A stretch of 64,000 nt of DNA from Victivallales bacterium (GTDB taxonomy: Bacteria; Verrucomicrobiota; Lentisphaeria; Victivallales; UBA1829), in contig JAZUCU010000019.1 in assembly GCA_045639325.1 (NCBI GenBank), positions 1-64,000 of the forward strand. Reading direction: 5' to 3'. The position numbers were made by a program, and so were the translations under genes. Under the pieces are notes generated by a model. That model was given only the letters and a program-made list of their open reading frames with translations. It was not told the origin of the DNA and made no database searches. This document shows, piece by piece, positions 1 to 9,554 of this stretch (position 1 is the stretch's first letter; each line of letters starts with the position of its first letter).

Positions 1-155
1 TTTTAGATTTATCTCTGCATTTACGGACAGATTAGTTTTATGTACGCCATCGGACTTTTTCAAATCCGTCTTTCAATTTTCTTCTATTTTCTGCTCAGTT
101 CTGGCACAAACCGTCGAAGAACCCATATTTTTAAATAAAAAAAGCAAAATCCGCC

Positions 156-184
156 TTGCAAAATCATAAAAAAGGGAGTAAATT
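156..184 (+). promoter_or_regulatory. putative sigma70-type promoter
   Basis: TTGCAA-N17-TAAATT upstream of the 225 ORF/mreCD-mrdA operon. Confidence 0.35.
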
Positions 185-224
185 TCAAGGCTGTATTCTT
201 TTTGATTGAAAACTGGAAAATATT

Positions 225-1475
225 ATGTCATACAAAGTATGGATTCTGCTTTTTATATTGCTGCTGACCCCGTCCGCCGGATGGTGCCAGATTCTTATGT
301 ATGACTACAAAGATGCCATTTTCAATCCCGTCTTTCAGGGACAGCGTGCCGTTGACCGCCTTTGCCGGATTGCCGATATCTGTATTCCGGAAGCCATCCC
401 CGGCAGACCGCAATGGCAAGTAATTGCCACATTGGATAAACAGGCGGGCGATTCAGAATTTACTGCATTTCTGAATCAGAAAACGAAAGAATTGCACATC
501 TATTATCCCCGGAATTTCCATATCTGGCAGAATGATTCGGAATGTATGCGCCGTCTGGCTGCCTGGGTATTCATTGCTAAACTCGGGCTTGATCCATTGC
601 AGGAAGATCAATTGCGTGGACACTGGATTATCCGTGCAGCGGCAAGAAAAACCATGAAAAACCTGAATCGTCCGTTTGTGCCTTTTGTTCAGGAATATCC
701 CATTACTTACGTACTGGCATCACACGGGATCTACCCGGGCAATCATATACCAATCAACAATGATCCGCCGGGGACACCTGCCAATTTGCGGCAATTGAGT
801 GATGAATATGCGGAATTACTGCTGGAAGCCATCGGCAAAACCGGCTTGTTCGCGAAAAAGAAACTGGCAAGTCATTTGCTCCTTTCCCAGCTGAACGAAC
901 AAAGCGTGGATCTTCTCTCCGAACTGCCGGAAATGAGTTTGGGTGCCGACCCGATTGCCTGGTTCAAACAGAATGTTGAATCGAAACTTCTTGCGTTCTA
1001 TGCCCCCATGTCCGCCGAATATTTCGAGACAATGTATTGGGAAATGACCGAGCTGCATTGGCGTGATGTCAAAGGCAAAGCCCGGCAGGCCACTCTTTCC
1101 ACCCTTCATGAACGATTGAAAGAAACGCCGGAAATCAAATACAATCTCCCCCGGATACAGGAACATTTGTCGAATTTGAGCAAGAACGTTCACCCTCACC
1201 TGCAGGGCGCATTGACCGCCCTGCGTCTTGAACTCTCTGCAATCAACCGCGGAAAATCAGACGGGGAAAAGTTGGCGGATCTGGAACAGGCATTATTACG
1301 GAAAGTTTCCGAACTTATGACGATTGAACAATATACTGCAGATGCGCAAATACGGTTTGTTCAGCCGGGCGCCAGAATGAAACATCTTTTGCAGGCGATC
1401 CGGACTCTGCGGCAGCGGGAGGATATTTACCCCGGCGCAAAAGAAGCACTTGACAGATGGGATGATTACAAATGA
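225..1475 (+). CDS. hypothetical secreted protein (416 aa), family not recognised
   Basis: Longest coherent ORF here. Hydrophobic N-terminus MSYKVWILLFILLLTPSAGWC looks like a signal peptide. Its stop overlaps the mreC start (ATGA at 1472-1475). Confidence 0.6.
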   Translation: MSYKVWILLFILLLTPSAGWCQILMYDYKDAIFNPVFQGQRAVDRLCRIADICIPEAIPGRPQWQVIATLDKQAGDSEFTAFLNQKTKELHIYYPRNFHIWQNDSECMRRLAAWVFIAKLGLDPLQEDQLRGHWIIRAAARKTMKNLNRPFVPFVQEYPITYVLASHGIYPGNHIPINNDPPGTPANLRQLSDEYAELLLEAIGKTGLFAKKKLASHLLLSQLNEQSVDLLSELPEMSLGADPIAWFKQNVESKLLAFYAPMSAEYFETMYWEMTELHWRDVKGKARQATLSTLHERLKETPEIKYNLPRIQEHLSNLSKNVHPHLQGALTALRLELSAINRGKSDGEKLADLEQALLRKVSELMTIEQYTADAQIRFVQPGARMKHLLQAIRTLRQREDIYPGAKEALDRWDDYK

Positions 1476-2347
1476 AAAAGATAAACCGGGAAGCACATCA
1501 AACATTATTCACCGTGATCCTGCTGGTTTTCGCGGCACTGTTTGCCGTCCTCGTATGGTTCGCACTCGACCGATTTTTCAACCGGGTGGCGATGGATTAT
1601 TATTATCCCTGGAATAAACTCATTCTTTCCACAGAAAGCACCGCCGCACGCGAAGCATTGGCTGTTTCCAAAAGTAAACGGGAACTGGCGGCAATGGTGG
1701 ATTCGCTTCAGGAAGAAAATGCAAAACTTGCCGCCCAGACTGCCGCCGATGCATTGGTGAAACTGGAAAACAAACAATTGCGTGCCCTGCTGAATCTGGT
1801 GCCGCCCCCGGGAAGACAAAGTGTTTACGCTCAAATTATGCTCCGGGATCCCATCACTTGGAATGAACAGTTTGTTATCGACAAAGGCGAATCCCACGGC
1901 ATTCAGGTTGGCGACCCTGTCATCGTCCCTGCAGATAATGGCACCACGGCCGCTCTGGCTGGAAGAATCATCGCCGTCAGCCGTCACACGGCTACCGTTG
2001 CCACATTACGGCATAAAAAATGTACTTTCAGCGTGCTGCTGACGGAATCCGGGCAGTACGGCTTTCTCAACGGGACAGGCGGCATGTCCGCCCCCATTAT
2101 CTCCTCTTTGCCGGTGGAAGGTAAGTATGGAGTCGGGGAAATCGTCATGACCGGCGGCTTATCCCAGCAAGTCCCTGCCGGATTATTTGTCGGCACACTC
2201 ATCAGCGGCGAAGACGGGAAAGCGGCGACGATCCGTAACGGTTTGTATGCAGAAGCCGAGCTGAAACTGGCAGCCGATACCGGAAATCTCCGCTTTGTCA
2301 CCGTATTGATCCGCACCACAGCCAATCAGGAAGGAACCGGAAAATGA
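1472..2347 (+). CDS. mreC: rod shape-determining protein MreC
   Basis: N-terminal TM helix, then a coiled-coil segment (ELAAMVDSLQEENAKLAAQ), then a Gly-rich beta domain. Sits in the conserved order mreC-mreD-mrdA with overlapping stop/start codons. Confidence 0.8.
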   Translation: MKKINREAHQTLFTVILLVFAALFAVLVWFALDRFFNRVAMDYYYPWNKLILSTESTAAREALAVSKSKRELAAMVDSLQEENAKLAAQTAADALVKLENKQLRALLNLVPPPGRQSVYAQIMLRDPITWNEQFVIDKGESHGIQVGDPVIVPADNGTTAALAGRIIAVSRHTATVATLRHKKCTFSVLLTESGQYGFLNGTGGMSAPIISSLPVEGKYGVGEIVMTGGLSQQVPAGLFVGTLISGEDGKAATIRNGLYAEAELKLAADTGNLRFVTVLIRTTANQEGTGK

Positions 2348-2847
2348 TAGCGTGCTTCATTCTGATTTCCATGCTCCTGACGGTATTGGAAATCACCTTG
2401 CGATCCCGGGGCATCATTCTGCCGCTGCTCCCCTGCTGGATTTTTTATCTTTCCGTTCTTTGCGGATGGCGCAAGACGGTTGCATTTGCTGTGCTCACCG
2501 GTTTGACAATGGATTTGCTCTGCGGATGTATGTTTCCTGTTCACATTTTCACCTACAACGGCGTACAGGTTCTTGCGCAGATATGGCTGAAACGGGTAGA
2601 ATCGGACTCCTTTGTTTCCCTGCTTGCACCGGGAGCAATTGTGCCGTTGATTGTTTACATTCCTCAATCGCTGTTAACTTCCGGCCAAAGTTTTCTCTAT
2701 TTTCTGCCCTATCTGGTACCGATTTGTCTGGTCTCCGCATTACTGCTGCCGATTACAATTCTGATTCTTGATTCTCTGGCAAATCTTTTGTCATTCCCCC
2801 TTTATGCCAATGTAAAACTGCAAATGAAACGGGGTGACCTTTTATGA
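2344..2847 (+). CDS. mreD: rod shape-determining protein MreD
   Basis: 167-aa polytopic membrane protein between mreC and mrdA. Start and stop overlap both neighbours. Confidence 0.7.
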   Translation: MIACFILISMLLTVLEITLRSRGIILPLLPCWIFYLSVLCGWRKTVAFAVLTGLTMDLLCGCMFPVHIFTYNGVQVLAQIWLKRVESDSFVSLLAPGAIVPLIVYIPQSLLTSGQSFLYFLPYLVPICLVSALLLPITILILDSLANLLSFPLYANVKLQMKRGDLL

Positions 2848-4658
2848 TGAATCCGGATTTGATCACATCTCCCAGAGTCCGTATCGGGATCATACTGTTC
2901 CTGATCTGCCTGTTCTATTGCATCATCATTATTCAGCTGTGGAATATGCAGATCATCCGGAACGAAGAATATCAGGACCGCACCAGACGGCAGAGTCTGC
3001 GAACGATCCGTATTCCCCCTATCCGCGGGCGTATTCTTGCACGGGATGGCGAGCCTTTGGCAACCAACCGGGTCTCTTACAATGCAAAACTGCATCTGGC
3101 GGAATTGCGGGCAAAAACAATTAAGGCAACGGTGAAACGTATTCAAGCCGCCATTTCGGAAGCCGCCGCACGGACTGGAAGAGAACACAATTTCACGGAA
3201 ACAAAAATCCGGCAGCACATGAATTATTATACCGGAATCCCCATGGAACTTTTCCGGGATTTGACCCCGAAAGAATTGGCTGCTTTGCTGGAAATTCAGC
3301 CGGCAATCGAAGGCTTGGAAATCACAGCGGAACCGGTCCGCACCTATCCTCAGGGCGTCATGGCGGCGCATCTGCTGGGCTATGTGGGAGCAAGCGACCC
3401 CAACAAGGCAAGCGACCGGGTAAACTTTTTCTATTATATCCCCGACGCGCAGGGGAAAACCGGGTTGGAATTGAAGTATGATGAAAAACTCCGCGGCACC
3501 CCGGGACGCCGTCTTGCCATCGTCAACAGTGCCGGATACGTTCACGAATATCTCCAGACCGAACCATCCGTCAACGGGCAGACGCTCCGTTTGACTCTTG
3601 ATTTTCAAGCCCAGCTGTGCGCAGAACAAATGCTGCAGGACAAGGTCGGTTCCATCGTATTGCTCAATGCCAATAACGGCGAAATCCTTGCCATGGCATC
3701 CTCGCCCGCTTATTCACCGGAAGCCTTCATTCCGAAAATCTCTCTCCGGGATTACCGGCTCCTTGCCGACAATCCGGCCCGTCCGTTCGTCAACCGGGCA
3801 GTCTCCGGTACTTACATGCCCGGCTCCATTATCAAACCGCTGACCGCCCTTGCCGCACTCCCCAATGGATTGAATCCGGATGCCCATTTTGTTTGCGACG
3901 GTTCCGTCCCCTACGGGTACAGCAAATCCATCAAGTGTATGTTCAATGCGGTACACGGATCCATTGATTTGACGGAAGCCTTGAAACGTTCCTGCAACGG
4001 CTATTTTGTAGAAGCCGGGGTGAAATGCGGAATCGACCGGCTTTCTCAATTATTTGCCTCTGCCGGTATCGGCTCCGCCACCGGATTTGAACTGCAGGAA
4101 AGAAAAGGTTTTCTCCCGAAACCATCCGCAAAATGGAGCGAAGCAGAAACCGCATACGTGGCATTCGGTCAGGGTAAAATCGAAATTACACCGCTCCAGG
4201 CAGCTATTTACACTGCCGCCATCGCCAATGGCGGAACACGGTGGAAACCGATCCTCATCAAAAATATTCTTGATACCTCCAGCGACAAACATGCGCCGGT
4301 TACCGTTTTTGAAGCCATGCCGGAAGTCAAAGGAAAACTTGCCACCACGCCGGAAGCGATTCAATATGTCCAGGAAGGCATGCGGCAAGTGGTTCACGGC
4401 ACCAGCGGCAGCGGCAGACTGGCAAGAAATTCAGCCGTCAGTCTCAGCGGAAAAACGGGTACGGCGGACGTTGTGACGATTCGCGGAAAATCAAAGAATA
4501 CCTGGTTCATCGGATTCGGCAAAGATCTGATGAGTGGCACATTATATGCCATCGCAGTTGTAATTGAAGGCGGGGAATCCGGCGGTAAAACAGCCGCCCC
4601 CATTGCAGGAAAGTTTTTCGAAAAACTGGCGGCAATGCGGAAAAATAATAATCAATGA
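2844..4658 (+). CDS. mrdA: penicillin-binding protein 2 (elongasome transpeptidase)
   Basis: N-terminal TM anchor. Transpeptidase motifs SIIK (SxxK), SCN (SxN) and KTGT are all present. Located directly after mreCD. Confidence 0.9.
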   Translation: MMNPDLITSPRVRIGIILFLICLFYCIIIIQLWNMQIIRNEEYQDRTRRQSLRTIRIPPIRGRILARDGEPLATNRVSYNAKLHLAELRAKTIKATVKRIQAAISEAAARTGREHNFTETKIRQHMNYYTGIPMELFRDLTPKELAALLEIQPAIEGLEITAEPVRTYPQGVMAAHLLGYVGASDPNKASDRVNFFYYIPDAQGKTGLELKYDEKLRGTPGRRLAIVNSAGYVHEYLQTEPSVNGQTLRLTLDFQAQLCAEQMLQDKVGSIVLLNANNGEILAMASSPAYSPEAFIPKISLRDYRLLADNPARPFVNRAVSGTYMPGSIIKPLTALAALPNGLNPDAHFVCDGSVPYGYSKSIKCMFNAVHGSIDLTEALKRSCNGYFVEAGVKCGIDRLSQLFASAGIGSATGFELQERKGFLPKPSAKWSEAETAYVAFGQGKIEITPLQAAIYTAAIANGGTRWKPILIKNILDTSSDKHAPVTVFEAMPEVKGKLATTPEAIQYVQEGMRQVVHGTSGSGRLARNSAVSLSGKTGTADVVTIRGKSKNTWFIGFGKDLMSGTLYAIAVVIEGGESGGKTAAPIAGKFFEKLAAMRKNNNQ

Positions 4659-6250
4659 GATTTGAACCATCGGCCCAGGACGGGAATATTCCCCATAAAC
4701 TGCCGTGCTTCTTCCATCCGGAATAATACACTCAAAACAAGATAAAGCAGTCCGAAAACGGTACAGCCGCCCGCACATTGCACAATAGCATTCGAGGCAG
4801 TCTGTTCCGCAAAAAAGCGTCCATTCAGAACCGACATAAACCATTCGGAAACGACCCCGGCAAAGCTGCAGAAAATCAGGGATTTGAGAAGCATCCGGAA
4901 CAATTTATCAAAATGGAATATTTCAACCGGATATTTCCGCAGCAGCAGGTAAATCAACATTCCATTGGTGAACACGGAAGACAACGCTGTCGCCAAAGCA
5001 ATCCCCCCCTGTTTGAACCAGTGCATCAGCAGCAGATTCAAAATAATATTCAATGCAACAGCCGCAAGAGAAACTTTGAACGGCGTACTCATATCTTTCC
5101 GTGCGGTAAATGCGGCAACCGTTACCTTATTCATGGCGAAGAAAGGAATGCCGGGAATGTAAAACAGCATGGCATATACCGTTGCATGTACGGAAGCAAC
5201 ATCAAACTGTCCGCGCTTGTAAAATGCCGTAATCAATTCTTCACAGGAAAGGAACATGAATACGGTAATCGGCAAGGTGACATACAAGAGATTACGCAGG
5301 GAAAAAGTATACATATCTGCCAATGACGGAATATCATCCCGCGCTGCCGCTTTCGACATTTCGGAAAGGGAAACCGTACTGAACGCAAAGGCAAAAATAC
5401 CAATCGGCAGATAAACCAACCGGTCACTGAAATACAAGGCGGAAGGCGCAGACGCCCCGAGATACCCCGCAACCACACGGTCACAAACCAGACTCAACTG
5501 TACCGAAGATGCCGCAAAAATGCCGGGCAATGCAAGCTTAAGCAACGAACGGATCGTTTCAAAATCTTTCCAAATTGCCGTCCGCAGAATCAACGACATT
5601 TTCTTTTTGCGGATGATCCACAGCATCAGCAGGAATTCCAATACGCCGGAAAGAACAACCGACAATGCAAGCAGACGCAACGCATCCGCCGGCCCCTCCC
5701 CCGGATACAGCTTGAACCTGACCAGGAACAATGCCCCGATCATCACAAGGTTTTGGAGAATTGCCGCCAATGACGGCAGAAAATATTCCCGGAAACTGTT
5801 GGCGTAGCAAGTCATAACGCCCACAGCACAGATGAATACACAATAAGGCATGAGGAACGGAGTCAGCCACGCTGCAAGCTGCCAGTGACCGGGCTTGAGA
5901 ATCAGACCGAAAATGTAGGCGGGAATGGAGATGACAAGGGAAATCAGACACAAAAGAAAGGTCAGATAACACAGAATCGTGGAAAACCGCTCCCGCGCAC
6001 GCACTTCCCCTTCCTGTTCCATACTGTGCACAATCATGGGCACGAGCGCCGTCCCCAGTGCACCTTCACCGAGAATACGGCGGAACAGACTGGGCAAGGT
6101 CAAAGCCATTGCCCAGGCAGATGAGTATGCGCCGACACCGAATACTGGCGCCATCAGAATTTCCCGGTAGAAACCGAGCACACGGCATACCATGGTGGAT
6201 AATGCCAGACTCCGTGAACCACGGAGAAGGGATTGTTTTTCCCCGCTCAT
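4652..6250 (-). CDS. murJ: lipid II flippase MurJ (MviN family)
   Basis: 532-aa polytopic protein. N-terminus ...SLALSTMVCRVLGFYREILMAPVFG matches the MurJ signature (SRxLGfxRd...FG). Confidence 0.9.
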   Translation of the reverse strand: MSGEKQSLLRGSRSLALSTMVCRVLGFYREILMAPVFGVGAYSSAWAMALTLPSLFRRILGEGALGTALVPMIVHSMEQEGEVRARERFSTILCYLTFLLCLISLVISIPAYIFGLILKPGHWQLAAWLTPFLMPYCVFICAVGVMTCYANSFREYFLPSLAAILQNLVMIGALFLVRFKLYPGEGPADALRLLALSVVLSGVLEFLLMLWIIRKKKMSLILRTAIWKDFETIRSLLKLALPGIFAASSVQLSLVCDRVVAGYLGASAPSALYFSDRLVYLPIGIFAFAFSTVSLSEMSKAAARDDIPSLADMYTFSLRNLLYVTLPITVFMFLSCEELITAFYKRGQFDVASVHATVYAMLFYIPGIPFFAMNKVTVAAFTARKDMSTPFKVSLAAVALNIILNLLLMHWFKQGGIALATALSSVFTNGMLIYLLLRKYPVEIFHFDKLFRMLLKSLIFCSFAGVVSEWFMSVLNGRFFAEQTASNAIVQCAGGCTVFGLLYLVLSVLFRMEEARQFMGNIPVLGRWFKSH

Positions 6251-6263
6251 CCTTCAACTCCGG

Positions 6264-7364
6264 TCAGACAGAGAAACGGACGAATACGCAGTCGCCGTCC
6301 TGCATAATGTATTCTTTCCCTTCGATACGCAGTTTACCAGCCAGTTTCGCTGCATTCCAGCCTTTGTAACCGGTCAGGTCTTCATAAGATTCCACTTCCA
6401 TACGGATAAAGCCGCGTTTCATATCGGTGTGGATCTTGCCTGCTGCATCCGGAGCTGCTGTGCCGCGGGTGATGGTCCATGCACGGGTTTCGTCCGGACC
6501 GGTGGTGAAGAATGTGATATAATCCAACAGACGGTATCCGGTGCGGATCACGCGTTCCAGACCGCTTTCTTCCACGCCCAGGTCAGCAAGGAATACGGCG
6601 GCATCTTCCGGAGAGAGTTCGCCCAGTTCTTCTTCCAGTTTTGCACAGACGGGGACGACTTCCATATTATGTTTTGCTGCGGTTTCCAGCAATTTTTTGG
6701 AGAGCTCATCTTTGCCGAAATTACGGAAAGATTCTTCGTCCGTATTTGCACACACAAATGCAGGCATGGTCGTCAGAAGCTGAAGAGATGCAACCAATTC
6801 TGCAGTCTTTGCATCTTCACGGTCATATTCCGGAAGGACGCCGTTGCTGAGATTTTCAATAAAGCGTTCGGTGATTTCCCATTCGGCCTTGACTTCAGGA
6901 GTACCGGCACGCAACTGTTTTTTCAATTTTTCCTGACGGCGCTGGAGGAAATCCAGGTCGGCAAGCATCAATTCGGTCAGAATCAGTTCCAGGTCGCGGG
7001 AGGGGTCGATGGTGGAACCGGTGTGCACCACATCGGGGTCAGCAAACAGGCGGACGACGTGTGCGACAGCATCCACGCCGCGGATATGACCGAGGAACTG
7101 GTTGCCCAAACCTTCGCCTTTGCTTGCGCCTTCCACAAGACCGGCAATGTCGATAAACTTCATTGTAGCGGGGACGACTTTAGCAGATTTTTCCAGAGCG
7201 ACCAGTTCATCGATTCTGGGATCGGGAACCGGCACAACGCCTGTATTCGGCTCAATCGTACAGAACGGAAAGTTGGCAGCGGCTGCTCCGCCGTGTGAAA
7301 GTGCATTGAACAAAGTAGACTTACCCACGTTGGGCAATCCGACAAAACCACAAGCAAAACCCAT
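6264..7364 (-). CDS. ychF: ribosome-binding ATPase YchF (Obg-like GTPase family)
   Basis: P-loop GFVGLPNVGKSTLFNAL and a C-terminal TGS-like end (...IMQDGDCVFVRFSV). Start moved to the ATG at 7364 (MGFACGFVG...); the ORF-track N-terminal extension has no homology-like features. Confidence 0.92.
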   Translation of the reverse strand: MGFACGFVGLPNVGKSTLFNALSHGGAAAANFPFCTIEPNTGVVPVPDPRIDELVALEKSAKVVPATMKFIDIAGLVEGASKGEGLGNQFLGHIRGVDAVAHVVRLFADPDVVHTGSTIDPSRDLELILTELMLADLDFLQRRQEKLKKQLRAGTPEVKAEWEITERFIENLSNGVLPEYDREDAKTAELVASLQLLTTMPAFVCANTDEESFRNFGKDELSKKLLETAAKHNMEVVPVCAKLEEELGELSPEDAAVFLADLGVEESGLERVIRTGYRLLDYITFFTTGPDETRAWTITRGTAAPDAAGKIHTDMKRGFIRMEVESYEDLTGYKGWNAAKLAGKLRIEGKEYIMQDGDCVFVRFSV

Positions 7365-7416
7365 GATCTGAACTCCATTGGTAATAGTTATCTTTAAAGT
7401 AAATAATAATCCCGTA

Positions 7417-7444
7417 AATATATCACATAACTGCTTTTTTTCAA
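7417..7444 (-). promoter_or_regulatory. putative promoter of ychF-murJ
   Basis: Minus strand TTGAAA-N16-TATATT, about 50 nt upstream of the ychF ATG. Confidence 0.45.
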
Positions 7445-7528
7445 GTCCGGAATGTAAACTTTCCGCACCTCTGTTGCCACAACACATTTTTATGCCGTAC
7501 AATTTTACATTTTTTTCTCACGGAACAT

Positions 7529-7557
7529 TTGATTTTTCTCAAACAGCATGGTATAGT
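7529..7557 (+). promoter_or_regulatory. putative promoter of trxB
   Basis: TTGATT-N17-TATAGT, 35 nt upstream of the trxB ATG. Confidence 0.5.
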
Positions 7558-7591
7558 TGCCCCCGGTAATATCCAGAAAGGAGTCAGGAAT

Positions 7592-8515
7592 ATGTCTGAA
7601 CAAATTCATAAAATAATCGTTATCGGCGGCGGCCCCGCAGGGCTCACGGCCGCTCTCTATGCCGCACGCGCCGGTTTGACACCGCTCGTTTTCACCGGCC
7701 CCATGCCCGGCGGACTTCTCACGCTCACCGGAACAGTGGAAAATTACCCCGGCTTTCCCGAAGGAATCGATGGATTCACCCTCACTTATCAAATGGAACA
7801 GCAGGCGAAACATTACGGTGCTGCCGTTCAAAGCGGAACCGTAAAGACCATCGAAAAACAAGCGGACGGCACGTTCAAGTTGACGCTGCAGGATAATACA
7901 GAATATCACGCGCAAACTGTCATTGTTGCAGCCGGAGCCTCTCCCCGTTGGCTGGGGCTTGACTCCGAGCAGAGATTACGCGCAAAAGGCGTTTCCGTTT
8001 GTGCTCATTGCGATGGACCATTGTACAAAAACAAGGTCGTCTGCGTCATCGGCGGCGGCGATTCCGCCATGGAAGAAGCAACCGCGTTGGCAAATTACGC
8101 GTCCGAAGTTCACCTGATACATCGCAGAGATGAATTCCGTGCCTCAACGATTATGTTGGAGCGCGCAAAAAACAATCCAAAAATCAAGTTCCATACCTCA
8201 TGCATCACGGAAGAAATTGTCGGAACCGACCGGGTGGAAGGGGTCAAAGTCAAAAATCAGAAAACGGATCAGACGGAACTCATTCCCTGCAGCGGCGTAT
8301 TTATTGCACTGGGCTATGCGCCGAATACCGATGTTCTCAAAGGCATTGTCACGCTGGATGAAAAAGGTTATCCGCTCCCGGAAACTGCCCCGGCTGGTTT
8401 GTTCCTTGCCGGTGATTGCGCCGATTATATGTACCGGCAGGCAATCACAGCAGCTTCCTCCGGATGTCAGGCTGCCATCAATGCAGAAAAATATCTGGCG
8501 GCATCACACCAGTAA
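7592..8515 (+). CDS. trxB: thioredoxin-disulfide reductase
   Basis: FAD motif IIVIGGGPAG, redox motif CAHCDG (canonical is CATCDG), NADPH motif VIGGGDSAMEEA. AAGGAG sits 8 nt before the ATG at 7592. Confidence 0.92.
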   Translation: MSEQIHKIIVIGGGPAGLTAALYAARAGLTPLVFTGPMPGGLLTLTGTVENYPGFPEGIDGFTLTYQMEQQAKHYGAAVQSGTVKTIEKQADGTFKLTLQDNTEYHAQTVIVAAGASPRWLGLDSEQRLRAKGVSVCAHCDGPLYKNKVVCVIGGGDSAMEEATALANYASEVHLIHRRDEFRASTIMLERAKNNPKIKFHTSCITEEIVGTDRVEGVKVKNQKTDQTELIPCSGVFIALGYAPNTDVLKGIVTLDEKGYPLPETAPAGLFLAGDCADYMYRQAITAASSGCQAAINAEKYLAASHQ

Positions 8516-8842
8516 TTTCTGAATCAGCACCATATAAACCGCCGTCCCTGCGATAATGGAAACCATGGGATTCCGCCATTTCAATTGGAGCAGGATCACG
8601 ACGGCGGCAGCAATCCATTCTGCGGCACCGTAATATTTATCCGCAAAAGATGCGGTATCAAAATAAGCACTGAAGCAATAAACAATCAGCATAGCAATCG
8701 CAGCAGGCGAAATAAGCCGCCCGATGTCTTCCAGAAATGCCGATGATTTTTTCCCGCGATCAAAAAGTATAAACGGGAACGCACGCAAAAGGAATGTTGT
8801 CACCCCGGTGGCAACCGTCAGCCAGATCAAATACGTTGTCAT
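8504..8842 (-). CDS. azlD: branched-chain amino acid exporter small subunit AzlD
   Basis: About 112-aa 4-TM protein. Start ATG at 8842 overlaps the azlC stop (ATGA). Typical azlC-azlD pairing. Confidence 0.7.
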   Translation of the reverse strand: MTTYLIWLTVATGVTTFLLRAFPFILFDRGKKSSAFLEDIGRLISPAAIAMLIVYCFSAYFDTASFADKYYGAAEWIAAAVVILLQLKWRNPMVSIIAGTAVYMVLIQKLLV

Positions 8843-9546
8843 GCGTTCTTCTCCTTTCTGCACAAATATTTCCGGAGCAGGAGGAAGGATGCAAACATCA
8901 GAATCATTGACGGGATCAGCATATTGGCAGTCGCAAAAACACTCCGGGCAAGAATGGCGCAAACCAATCCGATCACCGCAGGGATCCGGTTCTCTTTTTC
9001 ACGACATTGATCCACCAGAATCACAATAAATAATGCGGTCATGGCAAAGTCGATCCCCCGGCTGTCAAATGGCAGTTTCCGCCCAAGCAATGCACCGGCA
9101 GTTACCCCGAAAATCCAGTACATGTGGTCGAAAAACGCCACAGCCAGACAATAATGCAGGGAGTTTTCACCCGCCGGACACCGGTTTGCCACTTCAAGCG
9201 CATAAGTCTCATCGGTCAAAGTCCAGATAAGATATAATTTCTGCGAGAGGGGAATCCCGCGGAAACGATCCAACAGGGAAAGCCCGTACATGGCATAACG
9301 GATATTCAAACAGAAAGTCAGCAGAATCACATCCATGATTGCCGTCTGCTTGAGCATCCATTCGACCATGATAAACTGCAATGCGCCGGAAATATTCACC
9401 GCACTGGTCAGAAACGCCCAGAACGGCACGAAAGGAAATTTCACCGCCGATGCAAGAAGAATCCCCGCAGCCGCCCCCATAGCGGTGTATCCCATGAGGA
9501 CGGGGAGAGACGCGGCAAATGCCGCTTTCAAAACTTTCTTATTCAT
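8839..9546 (-). CDS. azlC: AzlC family branched-chain amino acid exporter
   Basis: 235-aa polytopic protein. N-terminus FAASLPVLMGYTAMGAAAGILLA is AzlC-like. Followed by azlD. Confidence 0.8.
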   Translation of the reverse strand: MNKKVLKAAFAASLPVLMGYTAMGAAAGILLASAVKFPFVPFWAFLTSAVNISGALQFIMVEWMLKQTAIMDVILLTFCLNIRYAMYGLSLLDRFRGIPLSQKLYLIWTLTDETYALEVANRCPAGENSLHYCLAVAFFDHMYWIFGVTAGALLGRKLPFDSRGIDFAMTALFIVILVDQCREKENRIPAVIGLVCAILARSVFATANMLIPSMILMFASFLLLRKYLCRKEKNA

Positions 9547-9554
9547 GAATAAAA

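Noticed and set aside
1-224. Possible gene fragment at the left edge
   Set aside because: Only a 17-codon minus-strand ORF (ATG at about 126) is present. The region is A/T-rich and holds a promoter-like TTGCAA-N17-TAAATT, so I treat it as intergenic.
6264-7502. N-terminally extended ORF-track versions of several genes: ychF 412 aa, trxB from 7529, asd from 18418, argC from 56906, rhodanese from 10884, endoIII-like from 31367, ymdB from 59693, rhomboid from 61400, azlD from 8962
   Set aside because: The family-typical N-termini (P-loop, Rossmann motif, signal peptide) begin at internal ATGs that have better Shine-Dalgarno spacing. The extensions overlap upstream genes or promoters.
7592-8515. 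trxB redox motif CAHC instead of CATC as a sign of altered function
   Set aside because: The two redox cysteines and all the FAD and NADPH motifs are intact. The residue between the cysteines varies among thioredoxin reductases, so I did not count this as a finding without an alignment.
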